DNA from: an uncultured Acidimicrobiales bacterium
Lineage (GTDB): Bacteria; Actinomycetota; Acidimicrobiia; Acidimicrobiales; SZUA-35
DNA length: 64,000 bases
Direction: 5' to 3'
Assembly: GCA_963793385.1 (NCBI GenBank)
Contig: CAWCAF010000037.1
Location: 15,075-79,074 of the forward strand
The position numbers and the translations under genes are program-made. Below are positions 23,107-34,434 of the stretch, piece by piece (position 1 is the stretch's first letter; the number at the start of each line of letters is the position of its first letter). A model generated the notes under the pieces. That model was not told the origin of the DNA. It did not search any database and saw only the letters and a program-made list of their open reading frames with translations.

Positions 23107-24357
23107 CAGCCGACCTCCCGGGGATCGAGTCCGGCGGCGAGGAGTCTCTCCCGCCGAGCATTGTTCAATGCGGCCCGCAGGAACCCCATGCCCACGAGGA
23201 GCACGACGAAGGACACCGCGATCACGAGCACCGTGTCGCCGCCGGCGCTGTCGAGGAGGTCGAGCTCACCGTTCCGGGCCACTCGAATACCGGCGAGGAC
23301 GAGCAGCCAGCCGAGTGACAGCGGGATCAGGAGCTTCCAGCCGAGATCCATCAGCTGGTCGTAGCGGAAAGCGGGGCAGCGTGGCCCGGAACCACACGAA
23401 GACGAACAGGAAGACCAGCAGCTTGGCGAAGAACCACACGAAACCCCACAACCACCCGGGCAGGATCCCGAGGTTCGGACCGGCCGGACCACCGAGGAAC
23501 AACGTGACGATGATCGCAGCCATCGTGACCGTGTTCATGAACTCGCTCAGGAAGAACAGGGCGAAACGGATGCCCGAATACTCGGTGTGGAAGCCACCGA
23601 CCAAGCTCCTGTTCGGCTTCGACGAGGTCGAACGGAGGTCGGTTCAGCTCGGCGGTCCCGGCCATGACGAAGACGGCGAACGGGATGAATCCGGTCACGA
23701 TGATGTTCCAGTTCGGAATGATGCCGCCGAAACCCGCGGTGGCCTGTTCACGCACGATCTCGGTCATGCTCAGAGCCGCCGGTGACGAGGATGACCGCGG
23801 CCAGGGACAGCCCGAGGGCCGCCTCGTAACTGATCGCCTGGGCCGAGGCTCGAACCGATCCGAGCAGCGGGTACTTCGAACCCGGACGACCACCCCGCCA
23901 GCATGATGCCGTAGATGCCGAGCGAACTCATCGCCAGGAAGAACAGGACGCCCACGGGCGGGTCGGCGACCTGCAGGAACGTCTCCTGACCGCCGGGCAG
24001 CGTGACCGTGCCCGATTTCCCGTCGCTGAAGTCACCACCGAGAGGGATGAGGGTGAACGTGAGGAACGCCGGCAGCAACGACAGGTACGGCGCCAACTTG
24101 AAGACGAACCGATCGGCGTTCTCGGGGATGTTGTCCTCTTTGAAGAACGCCTTGATGCCGTCGGCGAGCGTCTGCAGGATACCGAAGGGACCCGCGACGT
24201 TCGGACCGATCCGGTTCTGAAGGCGGGCGACGACCTTGCGTTCGAACCAGACCATCAGCATCGTGGCGACCAGGCAGACGACCAGAGCGATGATCGCTTT
24301 GACGGTCGACAGAACGACGTCACCCAGCGTCACACCGTCGAGCAGGTAGGGATCCAT
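23106..24357 (-). CDS. nuoH: NADH-quinone oxidoreductase subunit H (cluster 2); frameshifted
   Basis: [55 protein letters not shown] and RYDQLM. Confidence 0.93.
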
Positions 24358-26851
24358 CAGCTCGGCCGTACCCGAAGTTCGATCACGGGCTCACCGGCGG
24401 ACAGGAACGACTGGGCCCGCACGGAGTTCAGGGCGAATGGAAGGTGGGCGGCACCGACGGGAAGACGATTGTCGCTCACCGCCGGCGACCGTATGGGTTT
24501 CGCCTCCGGCGATGGTCACGGCGACATCGTCGCCCGAGGAGAGCCCGAGCCGGCTGAAGTCGGTCGGGGACAACCCGAGTACCGCATCGTCGATCAGAGG
24601 TCGAAGCGAACCCGACTCCGTCACCATCGTTCCGTTATCCCACAGTTTCCGATCGACCACCAACCGCAGACCGTAGTCGTCGGCGGGCGGGATCGGTGCG
24701 GTTTCGCTGAGGGACAACGGCCAGGTCCGCTGAGCTCTGACGAGCGGCCCGTCCTGCGGCACCGAGATCCGACGCCCAATCGATGTCGGCGAAGCCGGGC
24801 ACCGTGGCGGAGATCTCGGCCCGCACATCGGCCAGGGTCGTGAATCCGAGATCGCCACCGGCCGCTGCCGCCATGTCGGTCGCGATCATCCAGTCCGGGC
24901 GGCCCTGGCCTGGTGCGGTGACCTTTGCCCGCAACGGTGACAGTCGGCCCTCGAGATTCATGAACGTGCCGTCCGTTTCGCCGAACATGATGGCGGGAAG
25001 GATGACATCGGCCCTGCTGGTGCTGGCGGTCATGAACGTGTCGACCGAGATCACGGTTCCGATCCGCTCGAATGCCGCCGCAGCGAGCGTTCCGTCGGCG
25101 AAATCTTCCAGTGGATCAGCACCGAGCAGGACCAGCGTGTCGAGGGTGCCGTTCACCGCCGATCTGAGCATCCCGGTGGCGTCCAGTCCCTGCGATTGGG
25201 GAACCATGTCCCATCCGGGGAGCTCGACGGAGAGTTCTTGACCGCCGGGCAGGAATCCGGGGGTGAGCCCCATCTCGAGAGCTCCGTGAATATTGCCTCT
25301 TCGCAGAGCCGACAGGAATCGGACGTCGGGGTTGGCCCGGCGGAGCGCCGCCACGGCGGAGATGATCATGTCGGGCGATTCGGCGAGATTGCCGCGACCG
25401 ACGATCACCGTGACCGGCCGCCCGGACCCGAGGAGCCGGTGGGCGGTGCTGAGCTGCTCGGCCGAGATGCCGCCGATGCTCGTGCCGACCATCCCTTCGG
25501 CGAGTGCCGCCGCAACCTGACCGACAGCGCCGGGAAGCGGATTCAGCCGGGCGGCGACACTGTCCCCGAACGAGGTCGCCCGGGGACTCATCTCGATGAG
25601 TGCCACCCCGTCGAACTGGACCGCATGGCGCAATCGCAGGTACAGCGTCGGAAGCTCCTCCTTGGGGTCGGCGCCCAACAAAACGACGACCCCGCCCGGT
25701 TCGCACGCCTCGGCGATCGTCGCCCTCGGCAAACCGAGCACGACGTCCGCCGGCAGACCGTCACCGAGCTGGGCGTCGATGTTGTCGACGGCGCCAAGGC
25801 CCTTGAGAAGTTTGGCCCACGCGTACTGGGATTCGAGCGTAAGTCGGGCGCCGCCGAGCACGCCGATGCGACGAGGGTCCGCCGCATCGGTGAGGGCGGC
25901 AACGGCGCTCCGGATTGCACTGTTCCAACGTGTCCTCACCAGTTCACCGCCATCGTTGCGCATCAGCGGCTCGGTGAGACGTTCGGTCGAGTCGGTCGCT
26001 TCGTAGGCGAAGCGTTCCTTGTCGCTCAACCAACCCCAGTTGGTCGCGTCGGAGTCGACGCCCTGGATCCGCACGAGTCGATCCTGGCTGGATTGCACCG
26101 CCACGCGAGCGCCGGTCGAATCGACCGTCGAGGTCGACTCGATCTCGGCGAGGTCCCAGGGTCGTGCTGCGAATCGGTACGGCTGGGCGGTGAGTGCCCC
26201 AACGGGACAGATCTGCACCGTGTTGCCGCTGAAGTAGCTCGAGAATTCGTGCTCCGGGAACGTGTTGACCTGGGTCTGGGCACCCCGGTCGATGAAGTGG
26301 ATCAGCGGATCACCGGCGACCTCGGAAGCAAAGCGGGTGCAGCGGTCACAGAGAATGCAACGCTCACGGTCGAGGTAGACCAGGTCGCTGATCGGGATCG
26401 GCTTTTCGAAGTGGCGCTTCTCTTCGACAAAGCGTGACTCCCCGGGCCCGAACGCATATGCGTTGTCCTGCAGCGGGCACTCGCCGCCTTTGTCACACAC
26501 CGGGCAATCGAGCGGATGGTTGATCAGCAGCAGCTCGAGGACACCATCCTGAGCTCGGGTCGTCGGCTCGGATTCGGTGTTGACCACCATGTCCGGGGTG
26601 ACCGACAACATGCACGACGGCTGCAACGCAGGTCCCCGTCCGGTATCGACCTCGACCAGGCACATCCGGCACATGCCGACCGGCGTCATCCGGGGGTGGT
26701 AACAGAAGTGGGGGATGTGCACGCCATGGCGTTGGGCAGCATCGATCAGCAGTTCACCCGGTTCGGCCCTCAACTCCGAACCGTTCAGTGTGAACGGCAC
26801 CCCGGGTTCGGCCTCGGGCGCCGCCGACTCGGGATTCTCGGTTGCGGTCAT
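24357..26851 (-). CDS. nuoG: NADH-quinone oxidoreductase subunit G; frameshifted 3' part
   Basis: IPHFCYHP, GMCRMCLVE, NHPLDCPVCDKGGECPLQ, CILCDRCTRF and ICPVGALT. Confidence 0.95.
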
Positions 26852-28266
26852 GATCCACTCCCCGCCGTCACCGGCGACTCCGACGCCACATCCACCGCAG
26901 GGGCGGTGGCGATCTTTGCCTCGAACTCGGATCGGAATCGTCGAATGGCGCTGGTGATCGGTGCGACCGAACTGGGGCCGAGCGGACAGATGGTGGTCTG
27001 TTTCGGCGGGAACGGCACCGCCGCGAGACCCTTCTCTGAGTGGGCGGCAACCGGGTACTTCCCAGGGCTGATACTGGAGCCGATCTCGAGGAGCAGGTCG
27101 ATGTCCTCGGCCCGTCCGTGCCCATCAAGGATCCGCTCGAGGACCTTTTCCTCCCAGCTGGTTCCCTCCCGGCACGGGGTGCACTTCCCGCAGCTTTCCC
27201 TGGCAAAGAACCGGACCACTCTCAGACATGCCCGAACCGCATCGGTCGTGTGGTCCATCACGACCAGCGCCCCCGAACCGAGCATCGAGCCGGCTGGGCC
27301 CACTTCGCTGGCCTCCAGCGGCAGGTCGAGCTGTTCTTCGAAGAACCACGGCGCCGAGCCACCGCCGGGAATGAACATCTTGAGATCGTTGTCGTCTCTG
27401 ATGCCGCCGCAGTAGTTCTCGCCGTAGAACAGGTCCCGGAATGTGACCTTCCCCTGCTCGACCTCGTACACACCGGGTCGTTTGACGTGCCCGCTGATCG
27501 CCAGCAGGCGAGTGCCGGGAGACTTCTCGGACCCGAAACGGCGGTAGGCCTCAGCGCCTTTGGTCACGATCCACGGCAGGTTCGCCAGCGTCTCCACGTT
27601 GTTGACGATCGTCGGCTTGAGATAGAGGCCTTTCGCCGCCGGGAAGAAAGGGGGTTTCAGGCGCGGCATTCCCCGATTGCCTTCGAGGCTCTCGATCAGT
27701 GCCGTCTCCTCGCCGACGATGTAGGCGCCGGCGCCCCAGTGCAGGACCACGTCGATGCTCACGTCGGTGCCGTCGATGTTGCGACCGACGAATCCGGCGG
27801 CATACGCATCGTTGAGCGCCTGTGCGATCCGCTCCTGGGCCACAGGCATCTCACCCCGGACATAGAGGAAACAGGTGTTGAGTCCGAGTGCGTAGCAGGT
27901 GATGATGCACCCCTCGATGATCTGGTGAGGGTCGCGCTCCATCAACAGGCGGTCCTTGTAGGTGCCCGGTTCGGACTCGTCGCCGTTGACGACGAGGTAG
28001 CGAGGCCACACCGGTGGCATGAATCCCCACTTGACGCCGGCGGGAAATCCGGCGCCGCCGCGACCGAGGAGCACCGCGTCTTTGACCGTTGCCGCCACCT
28101 CGGCCGGCGGCAGCCGGAGAGCCGTCTTCAACGCCTCGTATCCCCCGGTGGCCAGCGACCGTTCCAACGTGTAGCTGTCCTCGTAGCCGAAGCGGCTCGA
28201 AACGATCTTCACCCCTTCGTTGTCGACGTATCCGGTGGCGTGCGGCACGTAGGCATTGGTGGCCAT
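26848..28266 (-). CDS. nuoF: NADH-quinone oxidoreductase subunit F
   Basis: GRGGAGFPAGVKW, NGDESEPGTYKDR, GAGAYIVGEETAL and ESCGKCTPCREG...ICPLG. ATG at 28266. Confidence 0.96.
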   Translation of the reverse strand: MATNAYVPHATGYVDNEGVKIVSSRFGYEDSYTLERSLATGGYEALKTALRLPPAEVAATVKDAVLLGRGGAGFPAGVKWGFMPPVWPRYLVVNGDESEPGTYKDRLLMERDPHQIIEGCIITCYALGLNTCFLYVRGEMPVAQERIAQALNDAYAAGFVGRNIDGTDVSIDVVLHWGAGAYIVGEETALIESLEGNRGMPRLKPPFFPAAKGLYLKPTIVNNVETLANLPWIVTKGAEAYRRFGSEKSPGTRLLAISGHVKRPGVYEVEQGKVTFRDLFYGENYCGGIRDDNDLKMFIPGGGSAPWFFEEQLDLPLEASEVGPAGSMLGSGALVVMDHTTDAVRACLRVVRFFARESCGKCTPCREGTSWEEKVLERILDGHGRAEDIDLLLEIGSSISPGKYPVAAHSEKGLAAVPFPPKQTTICPLGPSSVAPITSAIRRFRSEFEAKIATAPAVDVASESPVTAGSGS

Positions 28267-28919
28267 CAGCGGGTCCTTCGGGATCGGGGCCGAGTGCGGT
28301 GCTCGGGCATCAGTCGGCGGAACGGGAGGAGAACCAGGACGGGGTCCCGGCAACCTCGGGCGGTTCGATCCCGGCCCGTCGATCGTCGGGGATGTGTTGG
28401 CGGACCCGGCCGAGCGTCCCGTGCCCAGGGATGTCGGACCGTGCGCCGGACCGCAGATCGGCGATCAACCGGTCGAAGTCGTCGTTGCCGAGCCGGTACT
28501 CGTATCTGTAGTTGACCTGCAGACAGGGAGCTTCGGTGCACGCAGCGATGCATTCGACGTCTTCGAGGGTGAACAGCCCATCTGCTGTGGTTCCACCGGG
28601 TCGGATCCCCAAGCGTCTCCTCGGCGTGATGGAGGAGCTCCTCCCCTCCGTTGAGCTGACAGGAGATGTTGGTGCAGATGTTCACCATGTACTTGCCCTG
28701 GGGTTCGAACTTGAACATCTCATAGAAACTGGCGGTGCCGAGGACTTCGGCGGGGGTGATCCCCACCAGCTCGGCGAGGTGCTCCATCGCCGCCTCGGAC
28801 ACGTACCCATCCTGTTCCTGGGCGACGTGCAACAACGGGATCAGGGCGCTCTTCTTGCGCGGATAATGCGAAATGATCTCGTGAGCGAGCTCGACGTTCG
28901 CAGGGCTCAAACGGGACAT
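28266..28919 (-). CDS. nuoE: NADH-quinone oxidoreductase subunit E; frameshifted
   Basis: SALIPLLHVAQEQDG, ASFYEMF, ICTNISC and VECIAACTEAP (2Fe-2S ligands). Confidence 0.93.
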   Translation of the reverse strand: MSRLSPANVELAHEIISHYPRKKSALIPLLHVAQEQDGYVSEAAMEHLAELVGITPAEVLGTASFYEMFKFEPQGKYMVNICTNISCQLNGGEELLHHAEETLGDPTRWNHSRWAVHPRRRRMHRCVHRSSLSAGQLQIRVPARQRRLRPVDRRSAVRRTVRHPWARDARPGPPTHPRRSTGRDRTARGCRDPVLVLLPFRRLMPEHRTRPRSRRTR

Positions 28920-28935
28920 GGTGCACCTCGGCCAC

Positions 28936-30276
28936 TCATCTGTCGACCTCCCCCATGATCGGGTCGACGCTGGAGATCGATGCGACCGCGTCGGCGACGA
29001 GACCGTCGGCCATCTTGTGGGGCAGGCATTGCAGGTTCACCAGGCTGGGGGCCCGGATGTGCATCCGGTACGGCGTCGGCGATCCATCGCTGACCAGGTA
29101 GCAGCCGAGTTCACCACGGGGCGATTCGACGGCGACGTACACCTCCCCCTCGGGCACTTTGAAGCCCTCGGTGAAGATCTTGAAGTGATGGATCAACGCC
29201 TCCATGGACTCGTCGATCCGGGCTCGCGGCGGCGGGGTCACCTTGGTGTCTTGAACCCGGTAATCGCCCGACGGCATCTTGTCCAGGATCTGCCGAACGA
29301 TCCTCATCGACTCACGAATCTCGTTGAGGCGGATGGCGTAGCAGTCGTAGGAGTCACCACAGGTCCCGACCAGAACGTCGAAGTCGACTTCGTCGTAGGC
29401 CAGGTACGGCTCGTCGCGTCGGATGTCACGTGCGATGCCGGTCGACCGCAGCAGCGGCCCGGTCACCGAGAGGGCGAGCGCCTCGTCGGCTGCGAGAACG
29501 CCGACGCCCTGCAGACGCTCCCGCCAGATCGGTTGGCCACTCATTAGGATGTCGTATTCAGCGAGCCGAGGCGGGAGCATGTCGAGCAGAAACAGCACAT
29601 CATCGCGCCAGCCGTCGGGAAGGTCGGCAGCCACACCACCGGGGCGGATGTAGTTGTGATTCATTCTCAGGCCGGTCACCTTCTCGAGGAACCTCAGCAC
29701 CTGTTCGCGTTCTCGCCACCCGTAGATCATCATGGACACTGCGCCGAGATCCATGCCATTGGTGGCCATGAACAACAGATGCGAGGCGATGCGGTTGATC
29801 TCGCTCATCAGCATTCGAATCCATGTGGCTCGCGGTGGGATGTCGACCTCGAGAAGCTTCTCGGTGGCGAGCGAGAAGACCAGCTCGTTGAACAGCGGTG
29901 AGGCGTAGTCCATCCGGGTCACGTTGGTGCCGCCCTGAAGAAAGGTCAGTGACTCCCCCGTCTTCTCCATTCCTGTATGGAGGTACCCGATAACCGGTTT
30001 GGACCGACGCACGGTTTCGCCGTCCATTTCCAACATCAGCCGGAGCACACCGTGGGTACTCGGGTGTGAGGGCCCCATGTTGACGAGCATCGTCTGTTCG
30101 TTTTCGTCGTCCAGTGGGGCATCCGCCAACTCCGCCGCCTGGACTTCGCTCATTCGAAGCACCGCATGCCTGCGGGGAAGACGATCGAGTTGACCACCTT
30201 CAGGGTCCGGCGTCCTGGTGGCGTGGACGATCGGCGATGCCTCATCGGATTCGATTTGTTCGGGGGTGACGGTCAT
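28936..30276 (-). CDS. nuoD: NADH-quinone oxidoreductase subunit D (cluster 2)
   Basis: NMGPSHPSTHGVLRL, GYLHTGMEK, TRMDY, ESPRGELG and MGEVDR. Confidence 0.96.
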   Translation of the reverse strand: MTVTPEQIESDEASPIVHATRTPDPEGGQLDRLPRRHAVLRMSEVQAAELADAPLDDENEQTMLVNMGPSHPSTHGVLRLMLEMDGETVRRSKPVIGYLHTGMEKTGESLTFLQGGTNVTRMDYASPLFNELVFSLATEKLLEVDIPPRATWIRMLMSEINRIASHLLFMATNGMDLGAVSMMIYGWREREQVLRFLEKVTGLRMNHNYIRPGGVAADLPDGWRDDVLFLLDMLPPRLAEYDILMSGQPIWRERLQGVGVLAADEALALSVTGPLLRSTGIARDIRRDEPYLAYDEVDFDVLVGTCGDSYDCYAIRLNEIRESMRIVRQILDKMPSGDYRVQDTKVTPPPRARIDESMEALIHHFKIFTEGFKVPEGEVYVAVESPRGELGCYLVSDGSPTPYRMHIRAPSLVNLQCLPHKMADGLVADAVASISSVDPIMGEVDR

Positions 30277-30800
30277 CGTTGTCCACCTCCTTGTGGGGCC
30301 TTGAACTGCACCGGGATGACCCCTTGGGCAAAGTCCTTGCGCAAGGGATGGCCGACCCAATCCTCGGGCATCAGGATACGACTGAGATCCGGGTGGCCTT
30401 CGAACACGATGCCGAACATGTCGAAGGTCTCGCGTTCCTGATAGTCACAGCCGGGGTAGATCGCGTAGAGCGAATCGATCCGCGGATCTGCGGCCGGCAC
30501 CTGGGCCCGCATGCGAATCCGCTCACCGGTGTCGAAACGGACGAACGACGCCACTACCTCGTACCTCCCGGGCGTCACACCCGCCGGCAGCTGTCGGGCC
30601 GGCTCGTAGGTGAGGAAATCGACCGCGGTGAGATCGGTGATCATCGTCCAGTTGTCAGCGAAGAGTGCCTCGGCGGTGGACCGCCAAGATTCGCGATCGG
30701 GGTGCAGCACCTGCTGGCCACGGCTGTGGGTCAGTGGTGCGCCGTAGCGGGTCGATGACTCCTCGTCGATCTGCGCATCGGTGTCGATGGCGTCGGTCAT
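30273..30800 (-). CDS. nuoC: NADH-quinone oxidoreductase subunit C (cluster 2)
   Basis: DLTAVD and [35 protein letters not shown]. Confidence 0.96.
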   Translation of the reverse strand: MTDAIDTDAQIDEESSTRYGAPLTHSRGQQVLHPDRESWRSTAEALFADNWTMITDLTAVDFLTYEPARQLPAGVTPGRYEVVASFVRFDTGERIRMRAQVPAADPRIDSLYAIYPGCDYQERETFDMFGIVFEGHPDLSRILMPEDWVGHPLRKDFAQGVIPVQFKAPQGGGQR

Positions 30801-31384
30801 CGGCCCCGCCGCCCGATCGTCACCAGCTCCGACGCCCCCTGGCCGTCGAGTTGTTCGACGGTGATCCCGCCCACACCGGCCTTGCGGCGACGGAGCAGCT
30901 CACCGTTCTCAATGCTCTGATGCAGCGTATTGATGGCGTGCAGCAGCGTCTCGGGACCCGGCGGGCAGCCCGGCGCGTAGACGTCGACCGGAACGACCTG
31001 ATCGACACCTTGGACGATCGCGTAGTTGTTGAACATGCCGCCGCTTGATGCGCACACACCCATCGAGATCACCCACTTGGGCTCGGCCATCTGGTCGTAG
31101 ATCTGCCGAAGGACCGGGGCCATCTTCTGGCTCACCCGTCCGGCGACGATCATCACATCGGCCTGTCGAGGCGACGCCCGGAAGACCTCCATCCCCAGGC
31201 GGGCCATGTCGTAGTGCGACCCTCCGGTTGCCATCATCTCGATCGCGCAGCACGCCAGGCCGAAGGTGGCGGGCCACAACGATCGAGCCCTGCTCCAGTT
31301 GACCAGTTTCTCGAGCGGGGCGGTGAGCACGTTGTGGTCCAGGCCTTCGATCCCGTGGTCCTGGACCTCCCTGATGACGCCCAT
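30797..31384 (-). CDS. nuoB: NADH-quinone oxidoreductase subunit B (cluster 2)
   Basis: [35 protein letters not shown] and PGCPPGPE. Confidence 0.96.
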   Translation of the reverse strand: MGVIREVQDHGIEGLDHNVLTAPLEKLVNWSRARSLWPATFGLACCAIEMMATGGSHYDMARLGMEVFRASPRQADVMIVAGRVSQKMAPVLRQIYDQMAEPKWVISMGVCASSGGMFNNYAIVQGVDQVVPVDVYAPGCPPGPETLLHAINTLHQSIENGELLRRRKAGVGGITVEQLDGQGASELVTIGRRGR

Positions 31385-31915
31385 CAGTGCTCTCCCCCGG
31401 CCATCGCCGGTTCCAGGTCAGCGACCGGACTCTCAGCGAGACCATCGGCGGCCATTGGGCCGAGCCGGCCCTCGGTTCCGACCCGTCGAACGGTCGATGC
31501 CGACGTTGCGTTGGGGATCGATCGCGGTGTCGGCCGCCGAGCGATACGAGGTGACCTGAAGCGGTCCCCAGTCCAGCGCACCCTTGGAGATGAGGTACAC
31601 GAAACTCTCGAACACCAGGGCCGAGAAGACGACGATGGCGATCAATCCGAATCGACCGAGCGCCTCCTGGGTGACCGCATACGGGTAGAGGAAGATGATC
31701 TCGATGTCGAAGATCACGAACATCATCGCCACTAGATAGAAGCGAACCGGGAAACGTTGCGGAGGTTCTCGACCGGGGATGATGCCGCACTCGTACGGTG
31801 CCATCTTCTCCCGGGTCGGCCGGCGGGGCGCCAGGAGTCGCGAGGCGGTGAAACTCCCGGCGGCGAAAACGATACCCAGGACCAACAGCGCCAGAACAGG
31901 TAGGTACTGACTCAT
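31384..31915 (-). CDS. nuoA: NADH-quinone oxidoreductase subunit A (cluster 2) with C-terminal extension; probable frameshift in the tail
   Basis: [21 protein letters not shown] and KGALDW; GAGGAG RBS. The shifted-frame stop overlaps the nuoB ATG at 31384. Confidence 0.93.
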
Positions 31916-31948
31916 CGGTTCGACTCCTCGGTGACGTTGGCGTGGGTT

Positions 31949-32866
31949 CTAGGTTGCAGCTGCTCGGATTGCCATCTCCCGACGATCACGGATGTGCATC
32001 AAATAGACACAGATAGCGAAGAGAATGGCGTTGAAGATCGTAAACGCAAGCGGCACGAATCGCGTGCCACTGATGATCCAGGGGATCGGACCACCACGGT
32101 CACGGGCCACGACAGCGGTGACGACCGGTGCGTTCTCGTCGACGATCGGGATCGGCGGCGCCTGCCCGGGCAGGGTCGGCTGTGGTTGCACCGCCTGCAC
32201 TTGGATGGCCACCAGCTCCTCGCCGTGCCACGGGACGAGAATCGACTCGGCCTTCTTGACGAACCGTTCGACGACGCTGTCCCCGGTTTCGCCGGCCGGT
32301 TTGCCACCGTAGGCAAACCCACCGAATTGCAGCGGGATGTACTCGGTCGGGGCCTCGAAGACCCCTTCCTCGATCAGGAATTCTTCCGCCGACGATTGGG
32401 CATCGCCGCGGCGGGAGCTCGATGTGATGAGGTACTCCCATCCAGCGAGTCGATCAGAATTATCGTCGGCGAAAGACTGTGCATTCACTTGGCGCTGATC
32501 GGCATCCTCGCCCTGCACGCCGGAGAAGAAATCGTTCTGGGGGCCGAGTGCGCTACCCAGGTCGGCCACATTCGGGTCCTCGGCGAACTCGAGGTCACCG
32601 GTGTTGATCTCATCGAGCTCCCATGATTGGGCCTCGCCGACCCAGCCGATCCCGTAGACGGTCCAGACGATGCCCATGAGCATCATCCAGCCGAACAGGG
32701 CGGACGCAGCGATCAAGCCGCCGGTCCGGGAACCGGAATTGGTGGCGACGATCAGGTAGGTGCCGCCGATCATCACGACGACGCCGACCAGAACCGACAG
32801 GAGCCCTCGGAAGAAGATGTTGAAGTCGAGGCCGCCGATGAAGGCGACGATGGCTACCGAACTCAT
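31949..32866 (-). CDS. Hypothetical membrane protein (two N-terminal TM helices, acidic soluble domain, C-terminal TM), last gene of the Rieske/cyt b cluster
   Basis: Intact 305-aa ORF with an ATGA overlap to the upstream cytochrome c gene and a clear hydrophobicity pattern. Confidence 0.8.
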   Translation of the reverse strand: MSSVAIVAFIGGLDFNIFFRGLLSVLVGVVVMIGGTYLIVATNSGSRTGGLIAASALFGWMMLMGIVWTVYGIGWVGEAQSWELDEINTGDLEFAEDPNVADLGSALGPQNDFFSGVQGEDADQRQVNAQSFADDNSDRLAGWEYLITSSSRRGDAQSSAEEFLIEEGVFEAPTEYIPLQFGGFAYGGKPAGETGDSVVERFVKKAESILVPWHGEELVAIQVQAVQPQPTLPGQAPPIPIVDENAPVVTAVVARDRGGPIPWIISGTRFVPLAFTIFNAILFAICVYLMHIRDRREMAIRAAAT

Positions 32867-34434
32867 CGCTGCTCGATCCCTTCACGCTCGTAGTCCACCA
32901 CGGCCTGGATGAGGTCTGGCGGGAGTAGCTTTCCGAACCCGGGCATCATGCCGGCGCCGCTGAGGCCGCCACGACCGTAGCCCTCGCCGGCATTGGCACC
33001 GTTGACGATGAACTCGTAGTGAGACTTGCTCGTTCGGTCGGGCATGGCGATGACCGTGCAACCGGCCCCCAACCGTCCATCGGTCAGCCTGATCGTCTCG
33101 CCGGCAAACTCGCCGGAGAGATCGCCGATCGTCAACTCGGGTGGATCGACGAAACCATCGGTCACCCGCTCGACCTCACCTTCGGCGGCAAGCACGAGGG
33201 GTACACGCGGGTCGAATGGATACGCGTCGGCCGGGATTCCGCCCGGTTCCCACAGATCGCTGTAGTAGAGGCAATCGGCGAGATCGCCACCCTCGACGAT
33301 GCTGTACTCCAGGAGTTCTCCGCTCGCATCGGTCCTGGCGGTGACCGGGTTCCCCCGGTCGTCGAGAGGAATCTCGGTGCCGTTCATAGCCAGGACGAAA
33401 TCGACCCCCTCGCCCAGCGATGGATCGAGCCATTCACCGTCGGGACGTTTCCACGTGTCATCGGGGAAACGCTCCCTGATCCCACCACAGAGGCTGAAAC
33501 CGATGCCACTGGGACTGCCACCGCCGCATGCGGCAACCCCTTCGTCGAGGATCCCGGGCACGGTGGCGACACCGAGCGACCATCCGGCGGTGTGGCAACG
33601 ACCGCAGCTGAGCGAACCGGCCTGATAGCCGCTGAAGAGACCGAGGTTGAACACCGCTTCACCGACCGAATCGAACTCACCGTCGTCGATGGACCGCTGA
33701 ACTTCTTCCCGAATGCTCGCCGTGACGGTGTCGGCTTCCTCCTGGGCGGCGACGGACTCGGCGTCGAAGAAGTCGAGTTCGTCACCGGCCGCTTGGATAT
33801 CGAGAGGATCGAGGCTCTGGACCTGGAACGTGTCGAGATAGGCGATGAGGTACTCGATCTGCTGTGTGGTGAGCGGACCGCCGCCGGGTGTACCCCACGC
33901 GGCCATCGGTGACCCGGGCCTGCCGTAATTCAGTACGTAGGTCACCTCTTCGGCGCTGTAACGGTGCAGGACGTTGTTCAGCGCTGGCGCCACCCAGGAG
34001 GCATTGGCCAGGAACTGACCATCGGCGTCCTGATAGACGTAGGCGGCGACACCGCCGACGCCAGCGCCACCGTGGCAGTTCACGCATTGGGCACCACCGG
34101 TGTAGAGGTTGGCGCCGCGACGGACGAAGGTCTCCTCCTTGACCTCGAGAGCCCCATCCTGCCGTCCCGGTTCGGCGAGCCAGTAGAAAGGAAGGATCAC
34201 TGCGGTGATGGTGAGAATCCCGAGGGCGAAGGTCAACGAGCGATCGAGTTTGGTGGTCTCGAGTTCCTCGTCGGAGAGGTAGGGGGCACGGTTGGCCGCC
34301 AGCTCGACTTCGGAGCCGAGTTCGTCCTTGGCGGTGAAGACGTTCCGTAGGAACAGTGCAACGAACGCGATGAAGACCACGGTGGCCGTGATCAGACCTA
34401 TGGCTCGGAAATCGGCTGCGAACAACAGGGTCAT
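32863..34434 (-). CDS. Membrane-anchored diheme c-type cytochrome
   Basis: Two CxxCH motifs (CVNCH, CGRCH), candidate Met ligands (GSPMAAW, GMMPGF) and two N-terminal TM helices. Confidence 0.88.
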   Translation of the reverse strand: MTLLFAADFRAIGLITATVVFIAFVALFLRNVFTAKDELGSEVELAANRAPYLSDEELETTKLDRSLTFALGILTITAVILPFYWLAEPGRQDGALEVKEETFVRRGANLYTGGAQCVNCHGGAGVGGVAAYVYQDADGQFLANASWVAPALNNVLHRYSAEEVTYVLNYGRPGSPMAAWGTPGGGPLTTQQIEYLIAYLDTFQVQSLDPLDIQAAGDELDFFDAESVAAQEEADTVTASIREEVQRSIDDGEFDSVGEAVFNLGLFSGYQAGSLSCGRCHTAGWSLGVATVPGILDEGVAACGGGSPSGIGFSLCGGIRERFPDDTWKRPDGEWLDPSLGEGVDFVLAMNGTEIPLDDRGNPVTARTDASGELLEYSIVEGGDLADCLYYSDLWEPGGIPADAYPFDPRVPLVLAAEGEVERVTDGFVDPPELTIGDLSGEFAGETIRLTDGRLGAGCTVIAMPDRTSKSHYEFIVNGANAGEGYGRGGLSGAGMMPGFGKLLPPDLIQAVVDYEREGIEQR

